Assembly (NCBI GenBank): GCA_030390025.1
Contig: CM059432.1
Span: 53,322,001 to 53,386,000 of the forward strand
Length of the DNA stretch: 64,000 nucleotides
Direction of reading: 5' to 3'
From: Squalus acanthias
Lineage: Eukaryota
The notes beneath the pieces are model-generated. The model worked only from the letters and a program-made list of their open reading frames with translations, was not told the origin of the DNA and searched no databases. Position numbers and translations under genes: made by a program. Below, in pieces: positions 1 through 11,700 of the stretch (positions within the stretch are counted from its first letter, which is position 1; each line of letters begins with the position of its first letter).

Positions 1-1400
1 ACTCTGATGCAGTGTTGAAGGCCCTAGTCGAGATAGTAGACAGGAGGAGGGAGGCCTGCACTGCCAGCGGGAAGAGGTTGCAGAGGAAATCAATGCCAAG
101 AGCTTAGATCCCAGGACATAGCTGCAATCCTGTGAAAAATTCAATTACCTTACCAGAGTCAAAATAAGAAACTTACCTCTCACCTCAATTACTCTCTCCT
201 CATACCTACATCACCTCCAGCCTCACTACTAACAGCACTCCCCTCTCTGCTTCTCTTCACTTTCCTATAATCACTGCACCACATTTCACTCCACCTCCTT
301 CTCCTCTGCACTTCCTACTCTCACCACTGTTGCAACCATTACTTCCCCACACCTCACATCTTCCACACAACAAACAAACTATTTGATCATGACACGCACA
401 TTCTCAAAACAGCTCACAAGGTTGTCACTAACACACTCCCTTCTTTCTTGTAAGAGAAGGTCGCACACAACATGAGGCAAGAAGCAGTGACCGGAGTGGT
501 ACGAGTCCACCTGTGCACCCTACTGGCCATCACAGGTAGGGAGTGTCATGGCTGTGGTGAATGTCAATGTGAGAGGAGATGTCGCACAGGTTTTCTTCAA
601 CACCTTATCCTCTTTTTCCCTTCTTACTTCTATCTCACCCTACACACTCTGCACGACAAACTGCAAATATTTTCAGCAGCCACTCATCTCTCTCTGCTCT
701 TCCTTCATACTAAAAGCTAACCCTTGTCGCTCTCTTTCATTTCAGGTGCTGACAATGCGGTGTCCCCTCTGACACTTCAGGTAGAGGGGGCCAGCCTTCT
801 TAAAGAAGCATCGTCACTCAATCTGACTAGAGCAAGAACCAGCTCAGAGAAGGGCACCAAGTGTAGTTTAGAGTGTAGGTTAGAGGAGGGGTCATCACGT
901 GGTGAATCACCGGCCATAAATGTGCAGGAGCTAGGGCAGGGGGAAAGGAAGCCACTGATGCCAGCTCACAAGAGGACGAGATCATATACTAGCTCTGCTG
1001 CGGAGGACTAAAGTGCAGACGTCAAGGGCCCAGCTGACTGAAGAAGGCTGATGGGTATACACCAGAAAATGTTAGATGCTATGGACAGCCTGCTAGTGAG
1101 CTTGCACATGATGGGGGGTTTCAGCTCCAACTTGTATCAAGGCTTCGTGCAGAGCCTGGAGACCATTCTGTCCAGCATGGACTGAGTGGACAGCTCCATC
1201 AACGTGAGAGTGCCGCTCATCATCATGAACTTTCTCCTGACAGCTTTCACAGCTGCCATGGAAGCTCAGACAGCTGCCACGTTGGCTCTAGGGGATAGTA
1301 TTGACAAAGGCTTTTAGAGCATCACATCACTCCTGTGCTTTGATCTCGCGCAGAGCCACAGGAATGGGACATAGTCTCAGGAGAGTGGCACGTTTCACTG
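1..1400 (+). pseudogene. Decayed Harbinger-associated Myb/SANT-like gene (three exon-like blocks), cut by the window start
   Basis: Bases 3-165 read SDAVLKALVEIVDRRRE...EVAEEINAKSLDPRT*LQSCEKFNYLTRVK. A pyrimidine-rich intron follows, then EKVAHN (about 454) and a third block after TTTCAG (about 745). Same layout as the copies at 31025-32800 and 50966-52809; has stops and frameshifts. Confidence 0.7.
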
Positions 1401-1473
1401 CTTCTGTAGCAAGCAGGTATATCCATCCTTCCCAGGGGATTTAGAAGGTCAGTTTGAGAAGGCTGCACTGGTT

Positions 1474-1569
1474 TTTTTTTAATTCGTTTATGGGATGTGG
1501 ACGTCGCTGGCAAGGCCAGCATTTAATGCCCATGCCTAATTGCTCTTGAGAAGGTGGTGGTGAGCCGAA
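1474..1569 (-). mobile_element. Very short 3' fragment of the CR1-like LINE (or its partner SINE) with TSD
   Basis: Reverse complement of the tail at 17150-17240 and 27847-27942; flanked by the direct repeat TGCACTGGTT at 1464-1473 and 1570-1579. Confidence 0.85.
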
Positions 1570-1739
1570 TGCACTGGTTGATACAAATGAGTGACAGTGA
1601 GCAGGTGGTGGTGGCAGAGGAGGAGCAGGAACCTGATGACTAGAGGGCCAGTTTATATCCTTCCTTAGCTGTAGAGCCCAGGGATTCGGGCTTCACTGGA
1701 CCTGGATTTAAAAAGAGAGGCAGTCTGACTACCAACATT

Positions 1740-2500
1740 GGGCCAGAAATTCGGCTCCATGACTTCCCGCGGGTGCAAGGATCGCGCGCGCATCTACCTA
1801 TCGGGACTGCCGTTGACCTCTGGGCCCGCGGGGAATTCGGCTCCTGGGCCTCCCCCAAGTGCCGGCGCGCAGTGCTTGCGTGTCCCAGGGGCGTAGTTAG
1901 TGCGATGCGTCCCCTGGGATCACGTGGGCCATGGAGAGCCAATGGCAGCAGGCCATCTTTCATTCATAGATTTGACAGGACCTGTCAAATCTATGAATAC
2001 AAATCGGCCCCAAAACCTCCCTGAAATTACAAATAAATTTAAAAAAACATCACATTTTTAAAATAACTATAAATAATATAAATTAACTATTTTAAACAAA
2101 AATTTAAATTTTTGAAAAAAATAATTACACTTTTTAACGGGGCTAAAACTAAACTTACCTTTCTTTAAAGTAATTAAAAAAGATAAATCTGTGAAAAAAA
2201 TGTTTAAATTTGAATAAAATCACCACTTACCTTGTTAAAAGAAGGCCTTGCGCCTCCTTTTTCAAAGTGTATCTTCTCCGTGCTTACCCTCACGGAGGAA
2301 CCTGTAAAAAAAACCGAAGTGCGAGGTCTACGCGCTACCTCTCCGGCATGCGCGTTCGACCTCTGAACCCCTTCCTTCAGGGGAACGGAAGTGCTGGTTT
2401 CCCACGCATGCGCAGTGCATGCAAGAAACCGGCACTTTCGTTCCGTCCACGGGTGAGTACACAGTGCGTACTCACCCGTGGCGAGCCTAATTTCTGCCCC
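1740..2500. mobile_element. Harbinger-type MITE, family A copy 1
   Basis: TIRs GGGCCAGAAATT / AATTTCTGCCCC with 3-bp TSD ATT; homologous to 14539-15282 (inverted) and 58544-59219. Confidence 0.85.
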
Positions 2501-2907
2501 ATTATCTCCAGTCATTAGAAGCTATGCCAAGGCATCCTGTAAGGTTTGGAGGTGACTGTAGAGGAGGCCACTATCCATATCAGTGCAGTAATAACAGAAC
2601 TGCAGTCCACCATGAGTGCATGGCAACTGCAGGGCCACCTGCATCGACAGCTTTGTTCAGATCCACAGATTATAAATCACTTTTAGCCATTGTGTTTCTT
2701 TTGCTCGGATTTCCTTTCCATCCACCTTATTTAGTACACCGCCATTCAGAAAGAAGCTATATAGGAATGCTAAAAGATGGAATATGTTTCCCCAGTCCCT
2801 CCCAACATATGTTTTTTTTGATCAGCCAGGTATGTGACATAAATAGAAACCTATCACAATGTTTAAAAGTATACTGAGAAATCCACACTGGTAGAATGTG
2901 ATACAAA

Positions 2908-3013
2908 GTGATATAGAGGAGTATATATGGAGTAAATATTATACACATGCCTGATATGGAGTATATATGAGTGATATGGAGTACATATGGAGTATACATA
3001 CCTGATATGGAGT
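2908..3013. repeat. Degenerate short tandem repeat (TGATATGGAGTATATA-like)
   Basis: Repeated ATATGGAGTA units are visible directly. Confidence 0.7.
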
Positions 3014-4749
3014 GCTCATGTTCCTCATAGGGGCAAATCCCATTTACTTAATCCCAGGCTGGCAAGAACCAAAAGTTAATGAACCCTCAGGCGTGCATAT
3101 GGGTGTTGATGGGGGTTAACCAGCTAAAATCACACAGCCTATCAGCACAAAGCACTGGTAAGGATCCCACTGCTTCTCCAGCCAGAACTGCCTTAGCATT
3201 GCAGTATTTTCTGGAGCTAATTAGAAAGAATCCTAGCCCCTGGTGACAAATGTATCCCTTCAAGCTCCATTACTGAGACAGCCTGGCTGATCAATCATCA
3301 ATAATGCTCTGCGGACCTGCCTGGCTTAAGCGTCGGATTACTGAGTCTGTCACAGAAGGTTGACTTAGTTCAAAGATCCAGCAGCAATCGTGCCAACTTG
3401 TAACCACTTTGACTGAAAAAGAGATCTCACTTACCTTTTCCCAAGGAGCATAATCACTAAATGGTCATTAGGCAACTGGCAAGCAGAGTTAGATGGATGG
3501 AGGTGTAAGAAAGCTGGGTTTCAGTATCCTGACAAATATATGCTGAGGAACCAGACAAGTCTTCTGTGGTTAACACAGAAAGGCTAAGAGAAACTGCTAC
3601 TTCTAGCAAAGACAAAGAAAAACTCTACTTCTGAGTGACCTATGTGTCATCCCCAACAAGTCAGTACTGAAGCATGGAATTACTGACAGATTGGCTCCAC
3701 TTTTACAATCCCCCCACCTTACAGTCTTACCTTTAATAAAGGGGTTGGGACCTGTTTACAATCTACTAAGTGGTTCTTCTCTGGAATTGAGCCAGGGATA
3801 ATGACTCTATGATTTAATTGCTTAAAACCCCTATATTCACTGGTTACTTACCAGAATACAGATCATCAGCTGAACTCCATACTGTATGGGCATCCTCAGG
3901 GAGTTTACAGGGTATTGCCCTTACAAATCTTGAAGGCAACCCTTTGCAATTGTATGGGGCACTGTTCCTACAGAGTACCAGGAGCTTCTCATATCTGTCA
4001 CAACTTCCCATAAAATGTATCAGTGCATTGCCACCATCCTCCTGACACCATGCTACATCGAATGGTGGTCCTACCAGTTGGTGCTCAAATGCCTTGTTAC
4101 AACCAAATCATAGTAGGCGCCAAGCCTTGGCGATATGAGTACATGTTCCCATACTTGACCTCTAATGTCCTCCAGCATCTGTTACCTCACATTTCAGAGT
4201 TACTCATCAACTATACAATGGACATCTGCCTTCAGCACAGTGAAGGACGTACACAAGGCAGTTTGTACCATACCAGTCACCTTAATGTTCTAAATGTCAT
4301 GACAACTAAAACAAATTCCCAATGGAATATCCAATTTTATATACATGTCCAGTGTTCTATGTGTCTGATGTAAATCAGACATATATAACACTGGGCAGGT
4401 ATATAAAATTACGCTACCTTAAGCCATATTGTTGTCCATCTACCTCACTGCCACTTGGCGTGTTTGGGGACTGTTAAGCTTACCATTCCACGTTCAGACA
4501 TTGTTTGTGTTTGTCCCAGCTAATTACCTTTCAATTTGAAAGCATTTTCTCACTTTGCCATTTGATGTGGCATATGAAACAAACTATGCAGAATGGCTTG
4601 TCGTGGAGATACTTCTTCTAGTCAGCAGAGAGCTCAGATACACAATGTACTAGAACTCAAATGACTATGCAATGTAGCAAGAGTTAAGAGTGATGAATTA
4701 CCATTCCACTAAAAGTCTAGAATTATCCACTGTTTTTTCTTGAAACTAA

Positions 4750-5455
4750 GGTCCCAATTTCAAAAGGGGGCCGGGGACGGTGCGCGCGAGCCCCAAAGCG
4801 AGCAGTGAACCCGGGGAGTCCGTGGAGTCTGGGGACATGGAGGCCCGGCTGATTTTAATGGGCAGGCCTCCTTTGCATATATTTTCTCCAATTCCCGCCC
4901 GAACCCGGCCAGATCCACTATCTGGCCAGGTTCGAGCGGCAGCGGGGAATTCAGGTGGCATGAGGTCACAGCCGGGGACCCCCAGAATCAATCCCTGGCA
5001 GATAAGTGGTGGTGACGGGGTGGTGGTCTCTAGATGTGATCGGGGGGGGGTGGGAGAGGGGGAAGCCCGGGGCAGTGGAGGCCCAAGGTTTCACTCCTGT
5101 TCCTCCAGGCTCACAAGGACACCTAAATTTCTTTTAACAAAACTAACCTGCCTGGACCTCTTCTGGCCCATGAAACCCCCTCCTGACACGTCTGGCCTGA
5201 CTGGGAAGCCATCACTTCTTCTCCACTCAGGCCTCCAACTAAAATGCCGATTGGGTGCCGATGATATCATCAGACCACGATCTGCATATTTAAACAAGAT
5301 TCCGCCAGCTTGGGGCGGGTGCCCTGCTCACTTGCTCAAAAGAGCAGGTTAACATTGGGAAGGCAGTGGGATCAAAGGTGATAAGTTGCCGCCTTTATTT
5401 GAACTGCACCCCCCCACCCGGTTTCCACCAGGTAGGGGGAGTTAAAATCAGGGCC
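4750..5455. mobile_element. Non-autonomous Harbinger-like element, family B
   Basis: Imperfect TIRs GGTCCCAATTTCAA / TTAAAATCAGGGCC with TAA/TAT flanks; internal sequence shared with 15295-15690, 17270-17822 and 44270-44711 (inverted). Confidence 0.6.
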
Positions 5456-6059
5456 TATGAGTGGATGCATTATAAATGTGCAGTTGAATTGGGCATGACC
5501 TTCAACCTCAGAGATTCAATCTTTTCTGCAAGTGATGAGAAGCAACAACCCAATCTTCTTCAGATTGGTTGTAGGCCTACAGGAATGAAATAAAAATGCA
5601 TGTTAAGGATCATTAAGTCCTTGTTTAAGAGCAATCAAGAAAAAATTATTTGAGGTGAAATCATGCTGTACAACAGTAGTATATGAACTATTGTGTTCAT
5701 ATTAAGATACTCTGCCCAGTAATTTAATAAAGACATTAACCTGTTTATTTTAATTATATGGGGAAATTTCACCTCAGTAAAGTTTTGCTCAGGGTGGGAT
5801 AAATATGAACATTAAGTTCATTACTTACAGTCAATTGAAGTTTTTAAAAGTTGAAACTTAAGGCCTCCAAAGTTGCAGTTGGAGTATTCAAGAGAGATGA
5901 TCCTACTGTGCCTGTGATGTGTCACTCAGGGCTCTGCTGCAGATGTCAGTCATGTTGACATGCGTGCCTGTTTCATCAGCTTTCCCACTGAAATTGTTGG
6001 ACTGCATACAACTTCGCAGAAACTGAGCAAAACTATACAAAATGTTTTTGTTGCTGTGA

Positions 6060-6812
6060 AGCTGCCCATTGGAAAGGAAGAGAACCTCCCTGGCCTGCCG
6101 GGAAGCAATGTGGTTGGCTGCTGATGTCCTGTGTCCTGTGCCGCATCAGTTGATTGTGGAGAAGGTTGGTGCTGTTAGTGCTGCTGGCGTGCCTGGTGCT
6201 GCTGGTGTTGGGGCTGATCGTGGTGGGATTCTGATGACCAAGGTGAGATAGTTTCAAGGGCACTGATGCTGATGGAATAGATGGCAGGTGAACTTGAGAT
6301 GACAGAAGTGATCTGTCAATGGTGAGAGAGGTTGTTCCAATGAGGTGACACTGGTAGAGAGTTTACTCCAAACACTTGCAACCTGCATAAAGCTGAATCT
6401 GTCTTCCAAATGCAGTAAGCAACAGCTTCTGAGCTTGGAAAGTAAACAGCTGTGAGATGGGAGCTTTTATAGCACATTTGCAGCTGTCAAGTAATGAGAT
6501 GATTCCATGGTCGTACAACTCCTGACCTCCTTACCTGACGTGATCCCCGAGCAGCGTGGACCCCATGGGCGACCTCGTAAAATGGTAAGGTGAGTTCAAA
6601 ATACTGTTTAGTTGGCTATTAACAAGGTCATAATGACCTGAATTGCCTCCCCCGCCGCTGCATGTCGGGTCTGTTCAACCCTGACAGACCCGACATTTGG
6701 GAAAGTCCTGTGACAGCGTGGGTTCCCAACCAACTGTCAAAAAAATTTTTTTCCTACCCGACCTGACCTACCACCGATCGTGCCCGCTGACCCCCTGAAA
6801 AATTCCCCCCTT
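6060..6812. mobile_element. Probable Harbinger terminal remnant
   Basis: GC-rich block ending in a TIR-like GAAAATTCCCCCC followed by TTA; no intact ORF. Confidence 0.35.
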
Positions 6813-7859
6813 AATGCTTTTAAATAACACCTGATGTGAGCACAATTGAACTGCTTCCTGAGTCATTTTGTAGGGAAAATGGAGACACCAGAAATGGAAT
6901 TTTATTGACCAAGCATTTGCTGCTCTGGTCCAGGTATTAAATACAGGGGGTACAAGTTATAGAACAGAAGGTGCACACAGTCTCCAGAAAGGAAGGACAT
7001 CCCTCCTCTCCCACTGAACGTTTGTCAGGCGTGACAAAAAAATAGCAGACTGAGTGAATGATGTGCCACAAACATGCCCAGCCCAGAAGGATGTACAGAA
7101 GATGCCCAACCTGAAGATATATATTAAGGGAAGTTATTAATGTTGTGCAAGATTTGCACCTTCCAAAGATAGTGTAAGCAATGCTCAGATAACCCTTCAT
7201 TAAAAACGCAAGAGTAATTTCAAGGCCATAATGTCTTTTAATTAAGTGAACTCAAGTCAATAATAGAATAATTCTGCCATTGTGTTACATTGCTGATTTG
7301 TTGGACCTTGAGAAAGCTGCCTCTGGGCATACATTTTTTGATAGGAATATGCAAATTCTGAATGAGTGTTTCATGCTTGCAAATGAGTCAAGAGTATTAA
7401 TAAAATGACTCATTTTGAATACCTGCATCACAGAAAATGAATATTGTTTGTGCAATGTGAAAAGGAGTATTGAGTAACATTATGAATGCCAACGAGAAAA
7501 GAATGAAAAGTGATGGCATTTCACTGAGCTTTCTTAACCAAAGGAGCTTGTACTTTGGCTACATCAAAATGATACATAGAATGAAGGCTACTTATCCAAA
7601 AATGGCATCACAACAATTCAAGCCAGAGTTTCTGATCACACTGCAAAACACGAAGCTCCAGCAGAATACTGGAACTGATCTGAAATGTAATAAGAGGGTA
7701 TACAAGAAGGTTGCATTTTTTTAACCAGTGATTAACCTATGTTATTCATGCAGAGTGTTTTAGTTTTACTATAACACTAATCCATCCCCAATGGCATTGT
7801 ACAAGGAGAGTCATGACCAAGTGCAGTATTCAGGTCAAGCAGGATTTGATGTCTGGGAA

Positions 7860-8200
7860 TAACTAGATACAGATGGGGATGGGGAAGGAGAGGCAGATGG
7901 GAGGGGCTGGGGATGAGGAGGTGAAGGGAGAGGGGAGGACGGAAGAGAGGAGGTGAGGAGGAGAGTGAGAAGGGGAGGAGATGGGGAGAGGAGGAGTGAA
8001 GGAGAAATTGGGGAGGGAGAAGAGAAGGTGAGGAGAGGTGGCAGAGGGGGTATCAGGGAGGGGAATGGGGCAGAGAAGAAAGAGGAGGAGAGGAGAAGGA
8101 TGGGCGTGGTAGGATAGGGGCTAAGGATGGGAAAGGGGAATGCGGATGGGAAAGGGAGAGTGAAGAGAGTGATCAGGATGGAGTGAGAAGCAGGACGGAG
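7860..8200. repeat. Purine-rich (GA) low-complexity tract
   Basis: Almost entirely G/A on the + strand. Confidence 0.85.
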
Positions 8201-8229
8201 AAAAGGGGATTGGGAGCCAATGGCCAAAT

Positions 8230-8460
8230 TATGTTCAGCAGGAGCAGGAAAATGCAAGGGACGGAATGCTCTTTGGTTCAAAGATTGATACGCTCTTCAG
8301 TGAAGTGGGAGGAGAGGCTGGGGAATAGGATGGAATCAATGGCAACGGCATGGAGTTTGTGGTGGGGGCTTAAGATGATGGATTTGTTCTTCCCAATATT
8401 TAACTGGAGTAAATTGCGGATCATTCAGGACTGGATGTTGGACAAGCAGTCTGTGGAGGG
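8230..8460 (-). mobile_element. Old L2 LINE fragment
   Basis: TCTTCCCAATATTTAACTGGAG...CTGGATGTTGGACAAGCAGTCTG matches the L2 copy at 63330-63396. Confidence 0.65.
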
Positions 8461-9566
8461 ATTTAGTAAGAATAGAGTCAAGGGAGCAGGAGGTGGGTCT
8501 CATGGACAAGATGAGCTTGGAGAGGATTTGAAGGGAGATAGGAGAGAAGGAGAGAAAGAAGCTAGGTCGGGCTAGGGCTGGGGGAGCTTTGGTTGAGGTT
8601 TGGCTTGGTGGGCAAAGGGAAATGGGGGTTGCAGCAGCGACAGCACTGTGGCACTTTCCTAGAGCGTAACAAATCGGCAGTGCGCCCAAAGATTTTAACA
8701 TTTTTAAAGATTAAAAGCTTTCCTTATTTTGGGATAAACTAGTTACTGTGCTGTTTTCAATTGATGGCCTTTTAAATTTGAAATCCCTTAGCAATGCTAA
8801 GTGCCAGGAGCGCACAGGCATCACTTGCATTCAGAATTGCTAAGGGCGCAATATGGCATATTGCACACTGCCTCCAAAAGCACAGGAAATGTTATGGGCA
8901 GAAAAGGGGGCAGAGGCCATGCTTAACTGGGTCCTGCTCAGATTTCCACCCTCATGCAACCAGATATATCACTTTCGATGCATAAATAGTTCAGAAATTC
9001 AGGGGCATCATTTCTTTTAGTCTCATTTTAGGCTCATTAATTTTGTACTAGTATCTTCTAGTTCTTTATTCACAATCTAGATTAAATAGGCTGTTTTAAT
9101 CACATGATCTATGTTTCTCTGCAATTTAAAGAGCTGAATCATGGGTCCCTTATCACGTTATTCCGTTTTTCATATTATATGAAGAACAACAGATGCTTGG
9201 GAGTATTTGAGAGATTTGAACAATTTAATAAACCTTGCAGCGTGTTGCAAGTTTGAACTCACTCACAGGCATTTCTTTTTATTGTTATAATATAGGCAGA
9301 TGTAATTTTTTCTGAGCTTTCACAGAGGAGCTCCTATATTCCAGTACCAGAGGCTGTTTTTCTGTAATGTCACTAACCAGTACCATTATGTTCCACTGAG
9401 ATTTGCTATGTAGCTTTGTATCCAGTGACTGAAGGAAAATTTTTTCCATCTAATTTTCTCCCTAACTTCTCTCCTGAATGATGTGGAGATGCCGCCGTTG
9501 GACTGGGGTGGACAAAAATGAGAAGTCGCACAACACCAGGTTATAGTCCAACAGATTTATTTAATT

Positions 9567-9605
9567 TTACAAGCTTTCGGAGCAGTTCGCTCCTTCGTCA
9601 GGTAA
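9567..9605 (-). ncRNA. Minimal type I hammerhead ribozyme motif (mirror copy)
   Basis: Exact reverse complement of 11441-11479. Confidence 0.8.
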
Positions 9606-10231
9606 GTTTAGCAGTGAGAGAATCTCCCAGAATTCACAATTTAAACACAGACAAAATATATTCAAATCTTTCCCACATCAAAGAGCATAGCCAAGACAAT
9701 GAGATGTGTCCCAGGGGGTCCAACGTGTCAAACCACCTGCTGGCTGCATATCCTGTCAATCTGTGTAGGTTCTTGTGTTAGCCTTTTTTAAAAAAAAACA
9801 CCTGGGAAGACCGGCCATGATGTCAAGTCACGTTCTGTATCGTGACATGAACCCGATATCGCGATTGAGGCCCTCCTCATGAGTGCGGAACTTGGCTATC
9901 AGTTTCTGCTCTATGATTTTGCGCTGTCGTGTATTTCGAAGGCCACCTTGGAGAACGCTTACCCGCATATCCGAGGCTGAATGCCCCTGGCTGCTGAAGT
10001 GTTCCCCGACTGGGAGGCAACCCTCCTGCCTGGCGATTGTTGCGCGGTGTCCGTTCATACGTTGTCTCAGTGTCTGCATGGTCTCGCCGATGTACCATGC
10101 TCTGGAGCATCCTTTACTGCAACGTATCAGGTAGACAACGTTGGCCGAGTCACATGAGTATGTACCGTGTACCTGGTGGGTAGTGTCCTCACGTGTGATG
10201 ATGGTATCTGTGTCCCACCATCAAACTCACC

Positions 10232-11218
10232 ATGGACTACTCCTCAGAATCGGTTTCATTCTTGGACACACGAATCTCCATCAAAGACGGACGCCTCAGC
10301 ACTTCACTCTACCGCAAGCCCACGGACAACCTCACGATGCTCCACTTCTCCAGCTTCCACCCTAACCACGTTAAAGAAGCCATCCCCTATGGACAAGCCC
10401 TGCGAATACACAGGATCTGCTCAGACGAGGAGGAACGCGATGGACACCTACGGACACTGAAAGACGCCCTCGTAAGAATGGGATATGACGCTCGACTCGT
10501 CGATCGACAGTTCCGACGGGCCACAGCGAAAAACCGCATAGACCTCCTCAGAAGACGAACACGGGACACAACCAACAGAGTACCCTACGTCGTCCAGTAC
10601 TTCCCCGGAGCGGAAAAACTACGCCATGTTCTTCGCAGCCTTCAACATGTCATCGATGACGACGAACACCTTGCTAAGGCCATCCCCACGCCTCCACTAC
10701 TCGCCTTCAAGCAGCCGCCTAACCTCAAAAGTACCATCGTTCGCAGCAGATTACCCATCTTTCAGGCGAACAGCAACCAAGACACCACACAACCCTGCCA
10801 CGGCAACCTCTGCAAGACATGCCAAATCATGGACACAGATACCATCATCACACGTGAGGACACTACCCACCAGGTACACGGTACATACTCATGTGACTCG
10901 GCCAACGTTGTCTACCTGATACGTTGCAGTAAAGGATGCTCCAGAGCATGGTACATCGGCGAGACCATGCAGACACTGAGACAACGTATGAATGGACACC
11001 GCGCAACAATCGCCAGGCAGGAGGGTTGCCTCCCAGTCGGGGAACACTTCAGCAGCCAGGGGCATTCAGCCTCGGATATGCGGGTAAGCGTTCTCCAAGG
11101 CGGCCTTCGAAATACACGACAGCGCAAAATCATAGAGCAGAAACTGATAGCCAAGTTCCGCACTCATGAGGAGGGCCTCAATCGCGATATCGGGTTCATG
11201 TCACGATACAGAACGTGA
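10232..11218 (+). CDS. C-terminal part of a Penelope-like RT plus GIY-YIG endonuclease (N-terminally truncated, stop-free)
   Basis: SVSFLDTRISIKDGRLSTSLYRKPT (RT end), CHGNLCKTC linker, NVVYLIRC...WYIGET...LRQRMNGHR, and terminal GLNRD. Confidence 0.9.
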   Translation: MDYSSESVSFLDTRISIKDGRLSTSLYRKPTDNLTMLHFSSFHPNHVKEAIPYGQALRIHRICSDEEERDGHLRTLKDALVRMGYDARLVDRQFRRATAKNRIDLLRRRTRDTTNRVPYVVQYFPGAEKLRHVLRSLQHVIDDDEHLAKAIPTPPLLAFKQPPNLKSTIVRSRLPIFQANSNQDTTQPCHGNLCKTCQIMDTDTIITREDTTHQVHGTYSCDSANVVYLIRCSKGCSRAWYIGETMQTLRQRMNGHRATIARQEGCLPVGEHFSSQGHSASDMRVSVLQGGLRNTRQRKIIEQKLIAKFRTHEEGLNRDIGFMSRYRT

Positions 11219-11440
11219 CTTGACATCATGGCCGGTCTTCCCAGGTGTTTTTTTTTAAAAAAGGCTAACACAAGAACCTACACAGATTGACAGGATATGC
11301 AGCCAGCAGGTGGTTTGACACGTTGGACCCCCTGGGACACATCTCATTGTCTTGGCTATGCTCTTTGATGTGGGAAAGATTTGAATATATTTTGTCTGTG
11401 TTTAAATTGTGAATTCTGGGAGATTCTCTCACTGCTAAAC

Positions 11441-11479
11441 TTACCTGACGAAGGAGCGAACTGCTCCGAAAGCTTGTAA
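11441..11479 (+). ncRNA. Minimal type I hammerhead ribozyme motif
   Basis: UUAC-CUGACGA-A-GGAGC(GAACU)GCUCC-GAAA-GC-UU-GUAA: stem I UUAC/GUAA, stem II GGAGC/GCUCC, palindromic AGCU in place of stem III. Confidence 0.8.
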
Positions 11480-11530
11480 AATTAAATAAATCTGTTGGAC
11501 TATAACCTGGTGTTGTGCGACTTCTCATTT

Positions 11531-11700
11531 CTCTCCTGAAGGCAGTGGCTCATGGCAGTGGCTTATGGCTGCCAATTGTTGCATCCTTTACTGCTGTCCT
11601 AACTGAGACTGAGACTGTCTTTTTTCAACTCAAACCCGGGATTGTACCTGAGACCTTTCTGATCTGCAGTGACCCGTACCACACTCTGCATTTGGAAATG
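11531..11700 (-). mobile_element. Old tRNA-derived SINE (LF-SINE-like) interrupted by the Penelope insertion; other part at about 9447-9478
   Basis: B-box-like GGTACAATCCC on the minus strand at 11638-11648; the joined target reads AATTTTCTCCCTAACTTCTCTCCTGAAGGCAGTGGCTC. Family assignment is from memory. Confidence 0.4.

Larger units (their letters stand above)
9479..11530. mobile_element. Penelope-like retroelement, 5'-truncated, inverted-repeat configuration
   Basis: Arms 9516-10215 and 10831-11530 are reverse complements; TSD TTCTCTCCTGAA at 9467-9478 and 11529-11540; contains an RT C-terminus/GIY-YIG ORF and hammerhead motifs. Confidence 0.95.

Noticed and set aside
3050..4400. Possible old LINE or gene remnant
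   Set aside because: I could not identify any motif with confidence; only short ORFs.
7835..8281. Pro/Ser-rich ORF
   Set aside because: It is a translation of low-complexity purine/pyrimidine sequence.
9516..11530. Inverted repeat as an assembly artefact
   Set aside because: The TSD, the two arm differences, the asymmetric tail and known Penelope architecture favour a real insertion, though reads were not checked.
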